From assembly GCF_001194135.2 (NCBI RefSeq), contig NC_068994.1:18088111-18121251 (forward strand): 33,141 nucleotides of DNA, read 5' to 3'. Position numbers and translations under genes: made by a program. Shown here in pieces: positions 1-13,050 of the stretch (positions within the stretch are counted from its first letter, which is position 1; each line of letters begins with the position of its first letter). Below the pieces are notes generated by a model that saw only the letters and a list, made by a program, of their open reading frames with translations, was not told the origin of the DNA and searched no databases. This stretch comes from Octopus bimaculoides. Its lineage: Eukaryota.

Positions 1-85
1 TTTGAGGTTTTTTTCACGCTGACTACTTGATAAATTCTTATAAAGAATTTATCCTATATTATATTATATATATATATATATATAT

Positions 86-851
86 AAGTAAAAGTCGCTG
101 TCTTAATGACCTAGTTGTGAGAAGTTTAGAGGTGTAGACAGAACGCTAGATGTAATATACAATCGTAGCAGCATTCAGCATGTATGTTGAAGATACCAAC
201 ATTTCACTAGCAGGTTATAAGACAGTTTAAATAAGATAAGAAAATGTATTTTTGATAGCAAGGTGAAACTATCTGTGGAAATGAATTTAAGAAGTCATGT
301 TTATCTTAATGTTATTTCGTTTCTTCATACTAGGTGGACTGTATTTTATCGTGTTGACAAAGGCTTGAGTATATCTTCATAAAAGTGCATGCAAATAAGT
401 CTTTAATGCATTTTCCTTATCATATGGTTAGAGTTTGTACAGATAATACCAAGAGAAGGATTGGATTTAACACCAATCATTTATTTACAGAAAGTAAAAA
501 TATATACAATGAATTTATCATGACATAATAGTGATAGGAAAAATTGCAATACATATTATAATGAAGAAAAATATGTTTTAAAAGGAATCAGTCACGAAAA
601 TGACAACAGGAAAAAGTTTCTTATCTAGTTCTTCAAAACTACACTGAAAAGGTTGAGAATAGCATAACATATCTTGCTATCAAAAACACATTTTCTTATC
701 CTATTTAAACTGTCTTATACCCTACTGGTGAAATGTTGGTATCTTCAACATACATGCTGAATGCCACTATGATTGTATATTACATCTAGCATTCTGTCTA
801 CACCTCTAAACTTCTCACAACTAGGTCATAAAGACACAGCAACTTTTACTT
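86..851. repeat. Foldback/TIR element with ~177 bp inverted arms (86-262 and 673-851), flanked by (TA)n
   Basis: aagtaaaagtcgctgtc...tttttgatagcaag is mirrored by cttgctatcaaaaac...gacacagcaacttttactt, roughly 85-90% identical. (TA)n lies at ~60-86 and ~851-866. Confidence 0.85.
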
Positions 852-1809
852 ATATATATATATATTTATACATACATATAAACGCAGCCTAACCTGAGGT
901 TTATAATTGGTGATATCTATATTTACAACAGTAAACAGTTATATTTGCTGACAAATCCACAGCAAGTTATAACTGGTAACCCGACATCATGCCTGATTCT
1001 ATGAACTTTACTCCATTGAAAAGAAACTTTTCACGTACATTAGAATCAATCTATGGACAGTAAAATTTACCAATGAAAAAGCACAAGACATTTACAAAAC
1101 AAAAGACAGCCAACATGACTATGATGTCATGCTGCTGCTAAAGTCTTATGACCACTACAATACCATTAAAGTTGACATGAATGGATGGTAAAATTGTACA
1201 TGAAGTAACATGCCATCTTGATAGGAGATATGTGAGTGTGCCTGAAGTGATGTGGTAGTTACTTGAAAATAAAATGCATGACCGTACCCACGTTATCATA
1301 TGCCTGCCAGTACATTTGCAACAGCAAGAACCTGTCTTTCAGAGAAGGTAATAAGAAGCATTGGGGAGAGCTGCCCATCATAACACTCTAACAGCATGGT
1401 TTGTCCTTAATCAACAATATTAATATGCAAGACATCTGTAATATACTGTTATTTCTTATCACTATGTGTTAGACAAGGAGATGGCAGTTTGGAAGCCACG
1501 CAAGAAAGAAAACTATTTTAAGACTTTATTCTGTAAGTCAAAAGGAAGTAGAAAGATTTAATCTGAGATTGTTATTGTTGCAAGTTTAAGGAGCTTGCAA
1601 TTTTGATGATCTTAAAGCAGTTGAGGGTATACAATGTATAACATGTATATCACGAAGCTGCAGAGGAACTTCGCCTGCATAACCAAGGGAGTTATTTGCT
1701 GTCATCTATATTTTTAATATCCCTACAGGTATATATTATCAGTCTGAAGACAATGTCGGAACAAATAGACGTTGCTGCTCAGAGATCATTACAAGATATA
1801 GGTTTAATT

Positions 1810-2194
1810 CTTTTCTTACTCTTTTTACTTGTTTCAGTCATTTTGACTGTGGCCATGCTAGAGCACCGCCTTTAGTTGAGCAAATCGATCCCAGGACTTA
1901 CTCTTTGTAAGCCTAGTACTTATTCTATCGGTTTCTTTTGCTGAACCACTAAGTTACGGAGATGTAAAAACACCAGCATCGGTTATCAAGCGATGTTGGG
2001 GACACACACAAACGTATACATATATATATAATGGGCTTCTTTCAGTTTCCGTCTACCAAATCCACTCAAAAGGTGTTGGTCGGCCCAAGGCTATAGTAGA
2101 AGACACTTGCCCAAGGTGCCACGCAGTGGGACTGAACCTGGAACCATGTGGTTGGTAAGCAAGCTACTTACCACACAGCCACTCCTGCACCTAT
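1810..2194 (-). mobile_element. tRNA-derived CORE-type SINE, two-part (head+CORE, (TA/CA)n linker, 3' module), inserted in the Helitron
   Basis: Minus strand reads ggagtggctgtgtggtaag (A-box-like)...ggttcagtccc (B-box-like)...ggcaccttgggcaagtgtcttct (CORE-like). Homologous copies lie at 20895-21558 and 29225-29576. Confidence 0.8.
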
Positions 2195-2681
2195 CTTACA
2201 TGATTTATACTATCAAGACTTACATTTGTCTATTAAACACATCCAAATCATTGGAGAAAATATTTAAAATGACAATTCAAGGAATGTCAAGGCTAAAAAG
2301 TGCATAGCAGTGTTAACTTGAAAGCAATCTGAGATATCTGATGATATTTTAACTGCTAATAAATATGATAATGCAAAAAACAAATTTTTCTTTTATGACA
2401 GTCCTGGTGGCTCGGGCAAAACATGTTGCTACCACACTTTGATAATTTATCTCATAAGCCTGAGCAAAACTACCCTTTCTTATGCCACTACAGGGATAAC
2501 TGCAGATTTGGTTATTGAAAGAAGAACCATCCATTGTGGACTGAAATTTCTCATTCCAATTGTCGGAAACTCAACATCACACATGAGAATACCTTCTGAT
2601 AGCTTCATGAAAATAATAGCTGTTGTTTTAATAATGGTTGATGAAGCCTTGATGCTTCCCGGCGATACTTTGTGCAATTGA

Positions 2682-3175
2682 AATTGATATCCTGTTGTAT
2701 GAAAGAGAAAACTGTAGAAGGTTGTGATTTTTGAGAAACAAAGTTTTTATCCTTTTCATACACAAAAAGCGAATGTTGTTACCACAAGTGAAAAAACATC
2801 AAGAGAGTTTTGAATGTTATTGTTCTTGGTGTAGTTGTAACAGCAAATAAAGGGTAATTAGTTGCTTGCAGTGCAACTGACTTCTAATGTCTTTTGTCCT
2901 TTGACTGTTCACTGCTTTTGTGTTGTCAGCTGCTCTTGGGCCATTTCCTAGTGTCTGTCAATGCTCTTTCTGTGTTGCATCCCAAAGCTCTGTCAAGTAG
3001 TCACAGTGTGTTGAATTTATATTGATGAATAGACTCAGAAGCAAGTGCACTAAAAGATGAAATTGCTGGAGCTTATTCAATGTGAAGTCATGATGGGCTA
3101 GATTTTGTTGATCATGTGGGTAATATTCTAGTGAATTGCAACACCATGTATACACTGTGATTGTTGAACATTCCC
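2682..3175 (-). mobile_element. Inverted Helitron Rep-helicase linker fragment inside the helicase region
   Basis: The plus-strand helicase breaks after DEALMLPGDTLCN and resumes at LLKEIMLPDRPFGGK. The minus frame HHDFTLNK..LLSLFINI..THCD..TELWD resembles the Helitron linker HWD.TL.EA..LR.LF..IL..C....LW. Confidence 0.55.
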
Positions 3176-4475
3176 GCAACATTACTGAAGGAAATTATGC
3201 TACCAGACAGGCCATTTGGTGGCAAAGTTCTTTTGAATGGAGACTTTCACCAGTCACCATCTGACAATTTGTTATCAAACTAAACCTTACAGAAAACATA
3301 TGCATTGAAATACAAGATTTCTCTTGATGGCTATTGCAGAGTGGTGATGGCACACTCCATAATGACTGTGGTTTGAGTGAGATATAGTAAGAGACATAAT
3401 TGAATAATCTCTTGACGTCACAAATGAGGACCACATAAATCTTGCTTCAAAAATTATTTCCACTCTAAAAATAAAAATGTATTTATAAGTAAATGAGTCT
3501 ATTATTACACTACTTCTAGACAATCAAAGGAATATTCCAGTGTGGACACTATTTCTTTGGAAGATGACACTACTATTGTTAATTATCCAGTTGAATTTTT
3601 GAATTCTGACTCCTTCAGGAATGCAGCCACATATGCTGAAGCTCAAGACTGGATACCTCATCATGTAAGTCCACAAAGAGAGTTATTGAATGGCACCCAT
3701 TTGTTAATAAATGTCCCTGCATGATTTATGTATGTTTATGGAAAGATACTAAGTAGAAGTATGAAAAGAGAGTAACTGCTTATTCCTAGTTACCAAGTAA
3801 TAGAAATATTCCTTGTGTGGTGGACAGAAGACCATTTCCCATAACTCCAGCATTTGCCATGATCAACAAATCGTAAGGACAGTCATTTAGTCAAGCTGGT
3901 GTTTACTCATCTTCTTTTGTGTTAGTCATGAGTAGTTTTATGCCACTTTAAGCAGAACAAAAAATAGAAACAATCTTAAGACACTTGTAAATAATGAGGA
4001 AAACAAGAAAATCAGTTTTACTATGAATATTGTGATAAAAGAACTTTTGAAATAATGATAATTACACATTAAGATATATGTACGTATGTAAACGTAAGCA
4101 TACAAATAATCTCGTGTGATTCATCAATTAGTATGAAATTTACATGCATGTCATTCAACATTTCCTAAATAAAAATGTAAAATTTTTGCAAATACAATAT
4201 TATCATTTAAAATTAATATCATATCATTTAGAGAAACAGTAAAAACATCAGTAAAAAGTTATTTTTGATAGCACAAACGACAATATACTTTATATATAAG
4301 CACAACCCATTATTTTTAGCAGGCAGATGGCATTGTCACATTTAAGAAGTATTGGAAATATTTTTTTTAAAATAAAAAACACTAAGTCTTTAAATAAGAA
4401 ATTTATTAATGGCTTCTCCCATTGTTTCAATATGCCATTTTCTTTCATTAATAAAACTTAGCATTTTTCATGATG

Positions 4476-4517
<42 letters not shown>

Positions 4518-4606
4518 CATAAACATAATCAAGGGATCAGCAAAAGGTTGCTTCACCACATACCAAAATTTAGAAATAGCAGTTAAAATACTAATTCTTC
4601 TACTAC

Positions 4607-4686
4607 AATATATCTCCACAGATAGCAATACTCGTAATTTACATAGGCATGTGAATTACGAGTATTGCTATCTGTGGAGATATATT
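4607..4686. repeat. Perfect 33 bp inverted repeat running into an N-gap
   Basis: aatatatctccacagatagcaatactcgtaatt (4607-4639) is the exact reverse complement of 4654-4686; the spacer is 14 nt. Confidence 0.95.
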
Positions 4687-4883
4687 NNNNNNNNNNNNNN
4701 NNNNNNNNNNNNNNNNNNNNNNNNNNNNNNNNNNNNNNNNNNNNNNNNNNNNNNNNNNNNNNNNNNNNNNNNNNNNNNNNNNNNNNNNNNNNNNNNNNNN
4801 NNNNNNNNNNNNNNNNNNNNNNNNNNNNNNNNNNNNNNNNNNNNNNNNNNNNNNNNNNNNNNNNNNNNNNNNNNNNNNNNNNN

Positions 4884-4938
<55 letters not shown>

Positions 4939-5004
4939 ATGGCACATACTAGATGTATGCATTTTGTTTATCTGCTTTGCTACGATATAGTGCCTGGGGG
5001 ATGA

Positions 5005-5250
5005 CTCCCTCATTATGTTGGGTGTTAAAACATCTGAAAATCAAAGCCAGACAAGACAAGCATTACTATCATACACATGATGTTATTCATACCCAGTCTT
5101 ACATGAAACATGTTTGGTGAAGGGGAAATACTACCTTACTTGGAAACAGGTGAAGGGTGGTGACAGGAAGGATATCTGGCCATAGAAAGTCTGACTCAAC
5201 CAATTCTAATTGACCCATGCAAGCATGGTAAAATGAATGTTAGATGATAT
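5005..5250 (+). mobile_element. Degenerate 3' part of a SINE with an RTE-like tail
   Basis: cttggaaacaggtgaagggtggtgacaggaaggatatctggccatagaaa...gcaagcatggtaaaatgaatgttagatgat is homologous to 6080-6205 and, inverted, to 28705-28860. Confidence 0.6.
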
Positions 5251-5844
5251 TCCAAATGATTTTGAATTCATCTTTTTTTATTTCTTTTCTTTTATTTTAT
5301 CCAACAAATACAAAACAATTGTATTACTCTTCACTTACCTTTCTCCACTCTTACTTCTATGCACACATTACATTTATCCCTATCTTTTTATACACACACA
5401 CACACACACACAATTTTCAGTATTATCGCTCCCCTACTTTATTTTCCATTGCTCACTCTTTCTGTGCTTCTAGGTATCTCTTCCTCTCTGAATAACATCT
5501 CAGGACTGCCAGACCTCAACATCATCTCATTATGTTATCACTCTCAACACCCAACTTATCTGTTGTCAACTCCCCACTATATACCTTTGACCTTTATGTC
5601 TCATTTCCACCCTATTTTCTGATCTATTCCTATATCTTTTCAAACTGAAGCTATGTATCAATGTTAGCCTTGCATATACACTTCATTTCAAAGCCTTACA
5701 ATTTTTATAACTTCAACTACCTCCTTTTTTTAATTAAAAAAAAAAAAAAAAAAAAAAAAAACTTTCCTTTTTTTCTTTCTCTGTACTCCTTTCCTATAAA
5801 TTTATTTAGATTGACATGGTTAAAAAAAGTTTGCTTCCCAACCA

Positions 5845-6205
5845 CGTTTCTAGCATTCATTCCCACTGTGCAGCACCTTGGGAAAGTCTTCTACTATAGC
5901 TGTGGGCTGACCATAGCCTTGTGAGTGGACTTGGTAGACAGAAACTGCAAGAAGTTGATTTTATATATGAGTATGCACATGTTTAATTCTCCTTGCCTTG
6001 ACATCTGGTAGTTGTAAATGACAGTTACTATCTTAGGAGCAATGTGATTCATTTCCAGTCTTCTGTGAAATCATGTCTGGCCTTGAGGAAATATCACTTT
6101 ACTTGGAAACAAGTTAGGGTTGACAACAGGAAGGGCATTTGGTTGTAGAAAATCTGCCTCAATAAAACTGTGTAAGCATGGGGAAAATGGGTGTTAAATG
6201 ATTAG
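5845..6205 (+). mobile_element. CORE-type SINE with an RTE-like tail, degenerate
   Basis: cccactgtgcagcaccttgggaaagtcttctactatagc..gtgagtggacttggtagacagaaactg matches the CORE module of 1810-2194; it is followed by acaggaagggcatttggttgtagaaaatctgcc. Confidence 0.7.
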
Positions 6206-7220
6206 TTGTAGACCCACACTCCAAATATATTGAAAATATTTTCACCATTTACAGAATAGTTGCTTTCAATAAAAGCAAATTAAGCCTTCTTAATGATATA
6301 GCAAAAGTGCTCCAGGAACATTTAAATTTAATAGTGCAGTTAGAAATATTACTTCATATTATCTTATCACATTTCATAGTGGATGTAAAATTTCAAAAAA
6401 CAACATACTCATTGACTGAAATCGGAAACAATCTTTATTATTGTAAAAAATTAATATAATTCAAATTAAAATGGGAGGGGAATTAGATTTTTTGGCTTTT
6501 TAAATAAGCAAATAGAAACCATAGAAAGAAAGTAAGTATATGTATTTATAATGAAAAAGAAAAGCAATAAAAATTAGAAATAATTAGATAAAAATAAACT
6601 TGGCAATAGACTATACTTACAGGGGCCTGACTATATATAAGTATAGATGATAGGTTAAGGGAGAATTCTAGACCGATGAAATAGCTTGTACTTTGCTTCA
6701 TTTAAAATAAAAAGAAAATATACATCACACTTTTCCATCTAATATATTCAGAATAAATTAATCTGTTGGAAAGACATAAATACAGTAGCAGCAACTTTAA
6801 TTTTTCAGCTGCAATAAGATTTTAACAAATGGGAACAATTTCAAAATGAAACTTAAATATCATATTAGAAATAACAAAAAATTTGTGTAAGAGTGTATGT
6901 TTTCAGAAATCTACAACCAATATGTAGCAGGATTGGTATAAATGGAAGACAGACAAATTTGCTCTATCAAGACATTTACAAAAAGTCTATGTTCATAGCT
7001 AAGGCAAGTTTCAGTCACAGATATTTCAAACTTAGCATGTACTCTGTTTTTTTAAATAACTTAAATAAATTAACATGAAATTAATCTCATTAAAATTTAT
7101 CTTTCAGAGATCAGGATATCTTGTAATTACTTGAATGAACTACTAAATTCTGTGAACTGAAAAAGTTTAATAAACTATATGGAGAAAAAGTTTCTTGTTA
7201 ACAACTGATGTATATATAAT

Positions 7221-7436
7221 TCTTTCTAATTTTGGCATAAGGCCAGCAATTTTGAGGGGAGCTGGGCAAGTCAATTATATTGACCCCAAAACTTGACTGA
7301 TACTTTATTTTATCGACCATGAAAGAATCAAAGGCAAAGTCGGCCTGAAGCAGAATTTGAGCTCAATGTAAAGAGCTGAAAGAAATGCCACAAAACATTG
7401 TTTGTCACATTAACAAATCTGCCAGTTCACCACCTT
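7221..7436 (-). mobile_element. tRNA-derived SINE of the Meta/MESC-domain-like family, degenerate
   Basis: Reverse complement aaggtggtgaactggcagattt..ctcaaattctgc..gactttgcctttgattctttcatggtcgataaaataaagtatcag matches 26613-26844; an (ATA/AAC)n tract adjoins the head at ~7440-7470. Confidence 0.75.
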
Positions 7437-9989
7437 ATATATAATAATAATAATAATAACAACAACAACAGCAGAAAAATCCCTTATTCCACTCATTAAG
7501 TTTTCAGACCATATTTTTGAGGGTGCTGAATACTAAGAATTTAGTAATTTCCCTGATACTAAAATTCAGCACTTATGACTAGTTAACAGGCCTTTGCATG
7601 AATGGTGGCAGTGAAAGGGTTATAGTCAAATGCAAGTAAGGTTATGATGCTATAGCAAATAAACAGACTGATAAATATCAAAAACTCAGTGGAACAGCTA
7701 TTAAAGAGATTTCAATGAAAATTGAAGAGATTAATGTAATTCTATACTGGTTCCTAATGTCTTTATATATTCCTTAGGATTTCAATATAAAATCACAACT
7801 GAAATTTTGAAAGGGGTGGTCTTTAACAAGCCAGGTTTTAGAAATATATTCAGAGTGTATAATATTGCAACAAAATTTTTTTCTAATGAAAATATATTAT
7901 TTTCTAGTTTTAGAATGGTATCACTTGTGATAGCTAAGGGCAAATCACTGAATCTAAAGTGTCATGAACATAAAAAACCAACCATGCCTAGTGATTACAC
8001 ATGCCTGATATGGGAGTCTACCAACCAGTTGCAATTACTATAGAGGACAATATACATGCAAGGACAAGATCTGGTTTAATTGTACTAATCCATCACATCA
8101 GAAGCCCTGGGGCCACTGTAGTGCAGATGAGTTTATCCTATAGATGATGAAGTAACCAAACAAACAGACATCTTTTGAGAAAGAGTTGCTGAATGGAAAC
8201 AACCTGTTGAGAAACACAGACTTCAGATCGACACAAAATCCAAAGCTTGAACATTGAGGATTCAGTGAAAGCAAAAGTAGTCAAATACTTCCAGCTTATC
8301 AAAGTCCACCACTTACAAGAGCTATGCCTTGCAAATTATGCTACAAAACAATGACTGATTTGGGAGGAGGGGGAAGCTAATTTATACTGTTAAGAAATGC
8401 AGTTATCACTGATTGAATACATAGCCGTTGAATAAAAATGATGTTGCCTGTAATTTAATGAAATATAAACAAGACTTGCTTTAAGCTAACAATAGGAAGG
8501 GAGTTTAAATTACATGTCCATGAAGGAGGGCTTAATGTCATTCATTTTTTTCTTTTAAGTTACAAAAAACAAACTCAAATTAGAATGCAATCAATTTCAG
8601 GTAATATCCGCTTGCCTCAATCAACATAATATATTTGGAAAAAGGGAACCACTCCTATTTCAAAGGTTAGTGATTGGCAGTAGGAGAGGGAGCCAACTCT
8701 AAATTTCATGCAAATATGTATTGTTTCAGAACCATCTATCTCATGCTAATATTAAACTTTAAAAAAAAAATACTGTTTCTTTTAGAAGATATTTCGCAAA
8801 AAGTATTTATTTTCCTTTAAAACCAGTTCAAAATAAGTTTATTCAGTTAAGTATTTAAAGATATATTTTACTCAAACGAGCAATTAAGGTTCTAATACTG
8901 AGCTGATAAATTTGAACATTGTTGTTGAGCTCATTTCTTTTTGGCTCTCCTAAATGGAGCAGAAAAAAATAAAAATAAATATTCTTTAATTTAGCATGTT
9001 CAACTGATGAAAACTTTTTTGTTTAAATATTTATGGTTTTTATCAAGAATAATTTACATAATNNNNNNNNNNNNNNNNNNNNNNNNNNNNNNNNNNNNNN
9101 NNNNNNNNNNNNNNNNNNNNNNNNNNNNNNNNNNNNNNNNNNNNNNNNNNNNNNNNNNNNNNNNNNNNNNNNNNNNNNNNNNNNNNNNNNNNNNNNNNNN
9201 NNNNNNNNNNNNNNNNNNNNNNNNNNNNNNNNNNNNNNNNNNNNNNNNNNNNNNNNNNNNNNNNNNNNNNNNNNNNNNNNNNNNNNNNNNNNNNNNNNNN
9301 NNNNNNNNNNNNNNNNNNNNNNNNNNNNNNNNNNNNNNNNNNNNNNNNNNNNNNNNNNNNNNNNNNNNNNNNNNNNNNNNNNNNNNNNNNNNNNNNNNNN
9401 NNNNNNNNNNNNNNNNNNNNNNNNNNNNNNNNNNNNNNNNNNNNNNNNNNNNNNNNNNNNNNNNNNNNNNNNNNNNNNNNNNNNNNNNNNNNNNNNNNNN
9501 NNNNNNNNNNNNNNNNNNNNNNNNNNNNNNNNNNNNNNNNNNNNNNNNNNNNNNNNNNNNNNNNNNNNNNNNNNNNNNNNNNNNNNNNNNNNNNNNNNNN
9601 NNNNNNNNNNNNNNNNNNNNNNNNNNNNNNNNNNNNNNNNNNNNNNNNNNNNNNNNNNNNNNNNNNNNAAAGGAAATATGTATATAAAAACATATCGGGT
9701 TTTTAACAGTTTCTGACCTTTGTTACAAAAACTAGTTATTTGTAGCATTAACAAAAGGGGGGGGGGCAAAAACGAAGTCATTATGGAAGAAATGTAAATG
9801 TATTAATACTGGCTAAGTTGAACAACTGTTAGCTTTAGATGATGTTTTTGAAAAAGAAACTATTCAGGACTTATCTTCTTTCAGTAGCAATTTCTTCAAT
9901 TATTTTTGATTTTTTTCAAATGACATGAACGGAAAAAATAAGGAAGGTAAAATGTAAATTCCTGCAATGAGATTCAATTTTATTTTTAA

Positions 9990-10212
9990 CCCTTTTGATA
10001 CCAAAACACCAGAGACCACCCCAGGTTATACGATAAAAAATTCTTATTTTGAAGTCATCTAAATTAATACCTTGCATCAAAATTTCATAATAATTTTGTT
10101 GCAAGCTTAAGCTTAATAATGACAAGGTTATTTTACTGAATAAATTCTCCATTATGTTAAATTAATTGAAACGAAAGCAGTGTATTTCAATGAAAATATG
10201 GTAACAAAAGGG
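9990..10212 (+). mobile_element. piggyBac-type MITE, 223 bp, with TTAA target duplication
   Basis: TTAA|cccttttgatacc ... ggtaacaaaaggg|TTAA; the 13 bp TIRs differ at one base. CCC termini with TTAA are typical of piggyBac. Confidence 0.8.
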
Positions 10213-11430
10213 TTAAACAAGCAGTTTAGGTTAAAGGAGGAAATAAAGAGGATTGACACTATCTTATAAGGGATAGTTACTTTGTAACATCCAGTCCTGT
10301 TTAAGGTTTTAAAAGCAGTTTACACAATTTAAGGGGCAGACAATCAAAGGAAACAAACCATTTCATTGGTAAAAGAAATTTTGAAAACTATTTTTTTTGT
10401 TCTTGATGTAATAAGTTAATGTATGGTAGTAGTATAAGACCTATATATTTTATAGATACATATATTAATTTTCATGACAATATAATGTCCTCATTTAAAA
10501 GTACAGTACATAGCAGGTGTAAAATAAATCATTGAGATAATGATTAACAAACAAAATATTGAAAGAAAAAAAAGAAAAAGAACTTTCAATAATCGAGACG
10601 TGTTTGTTTAAGATAAAGTAAACAATTATGAAAAGCAGTTTCAGGGTCAAAAAGAAAAGTATAATCAAATTAAAAGGTAAAAAGCTATTTCTAAGAGACT
10701 TGATGTGTCTGTGTGTGTGTGTGTGTGTGTATACACATACACAATTACAACTGTGCATAGAAATGCATCTATCTGCATATTTAAATACATATTTTTAAGA
10801 AAGTATATGTATAGAAATATGTATACATGTATAAAACAAAATATACAAAACATAACACTTTGTGATTCACTTGCACGCTTACATTGATATACATTTGTAC
10901 AGACTGTGAGAAAACCAGCTCTCATCACGAGTGAACAATGTTATGTTTCAGTTTTTTTAAACGTAGCTGGCTTCTTTTCGTACAAAATTTCATTATTGTT
11001 TAAATACAATTTAACGTTGAGAGTATTTTTCTTTGTGAAGTTCATAGAAAAATACAAAGCATGTTCATAAAGCACCAAAATCATATTGGTGCCAAACTGT
11101 TTTTTATAGTTTTATTTTCTGTCTCATAAATTTTTAAATATCCAATTTCAAGAATGGTTGAAAGCAGAAGGGAAAGAGTGAAGAGAGAAATGTATGCAAA
11201 TGTGTATTTTTGTATTCTATAAACAGGCACAGCAAATATTTCTAACTTGATACTCATTATTTGAGCAAGATTCTGGGGGAAAAGAAAAAATTTGCATGCA
11301 TCATGGCATACAATTAAGGGTGGGTGGGTGGCTGGAATTTAAAAGATGTAGGATTTTTTTTTTTTTGCTTTATTTATTGTTTTAATAAAGAGAAGAGAAT
11401 AAAAGAGACAGCTGTAATGTTCTCAGATAC

Positions 11431-11646
<216 letters not shown>

Positions 11647-11731
11647 TTAGTATTTCAATATTAGCACTGTGTATTTAAGACTTTACCTGGAGACTGGCAT
11701 CTATGTATAAACAGTATGGTAAATATATAAC

Positions 11732-11962
11732 TAACTATTTTGATACCAACCTATTCTCAGTTTTATGATAAAAATTTCCAGTTTTAAAGGGATCTAGTTT
11801 AAGATCTATCAAAATTTCAGGTTAATTTATATTCCAAACACCAGCTTAACAATGATGACTTATTTCACTAAATTCAATGATGACTTATTTCACTAAATTC
11901 ACTAAATTAATTGAAACAATGGTAGTGTATATCAACAGAAATACACTAACAAAAAGGTTTAA
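11732..11962 (+). mobile_element. Older copy of the same TTAA MITE in the last Abi intron, with an internal 25 bp tandem duplication
   Basis: ttttgataccaacc..caaaatttca..aatgatgacttattt..aattaattgaaac..taacaaaaaggtttaa parallels 9990-10212. aatgatgacttatttcactaaattc occurs twice (11851-11900). Confidence 0.65.
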
Positions 11963-12519
11963 TTTTCTCAAAACACTCAGGTGTGCTTAACACACACAGA
12001 AAATCAAACATAATTAAAGAAAAAATTAGATAAATGTAAATAATAGATTAGGAAAATAAAAAGTTCAATAAACTTGTGATGCTTGCTCAATCATTCATTA
12101 TCATCCATCACTCCTTTTCTGCTTCTTTCACTGTCCTCCTACCATAAATTCTCCACCATCCACTCTGACTTACCCTTCACACATTTCTTTCAATGACTCT
12201 TTTTGGAACCTTTCCACTATTGTCTATTTTCTCTATATTCCCTTCCCCCCACACCTACTCACACTTGCTCTCATAATGCAGGATAGTCCTGAACTTGTAC
12301 ACAATCCAACTCATCACAGTTCTTACTTTTCCCACTAACCTCTGACACTAATCTCTTCCTTTCCCTTTGTTCATTCTATGCTCCCTTCTCCAATAGCAAC
12401 AACTTTGTTACTCTCTCCATTACCACACTCTCATAGCCATAATTCTGTTCCTCATATCATACTTCACCCTATTTCATCACCTTGTTTGAAAATCATCACT
12501 CCACCTCCATCCCCCATTC

Positions 12520-12757
12520 AACCTCAGTTATGTGGGCTCCTTTAGGCTCTTTAGTCTTGCGAGTTAAAAGCTGACCTCACTTGTGCACGTATCATAAAAA
12601 AGGATCTATAAAGTGGTAGAAAGAGCATCTAACCCCAGAAACCTTTGCCTAACAGATATGCAAGCACAATGTAACCCTCTAAACTCATCAGACCCTTTTG
12701 AACTAGCCAATCCATGCTAGTTTAGAGAATGGAGATTGAATGATGATGATGATGATA
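12520..12757 (+). mobile_element. RTE-like retroelement 3' end with a (GAT)n tail
   Basis: gaaagagcatctaaccccagaaacctttgcc..ccaatccatgctagtttagagaatggagattgaa(tga)n resembles the tail of the SINEs at 5005 and 5845. Confidence 0.5.
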
Positions 12758-13050
12758 AGAAAATATATTTATATTTTGACTTTTTACAAAGTCAAAAATA
12801 ATTTTTTACAAATTTATGTGAAGCCCTGTTCTTTCCTGATGATTATTAAAAATGTAAGCCGGCACTCTTCAGTGCTAATTATTGAAAGTATTTTGTATTT
12901 CATTGGTTTTTCTTTGTATGAAAGAATCTTTGCCACAAAAATTTCTATACTTGGAGAAGAGAATAAATGACAAAGCAAGTATTGATGGAATACACATCTC
13001 AAAAGCAGAGGCTAATGACTGAAATCAATATAATAAATTAATAGTCTCAC

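Larger units (their letters stand above)
990..4050 (+). mobile_element. Degenerate Helitron Rep/PIF1-helicase coding relic with many stops and frameshifts, interrupted by a SINE and an inverted segment
   Basis: Motifs in the expected order: DEVTCHLDRRYVSVPEVMW..LPVHL..TLTAWFVLN (~1200-1420); FFYDSPGGSGKT (Walker A, ~2390-2425); TTGITA..TIH; IMVDEALM; PFGGKVLLNGDFHQ (~3210-3250); NYPVEFLNS..LLNGTHL (3542-3724); FPITPAFAMINKS.GQSF (~3835-3890). Confidence 0.9.

Noticed and set aside
4050-4300. Helitron 3' terminus (GC-rich hairpin plus CTRR)
   Set aside because: Only a weak candidate near 4110-4132 (ctcgtgtgattcatcaattagt); no convincing hairpin.
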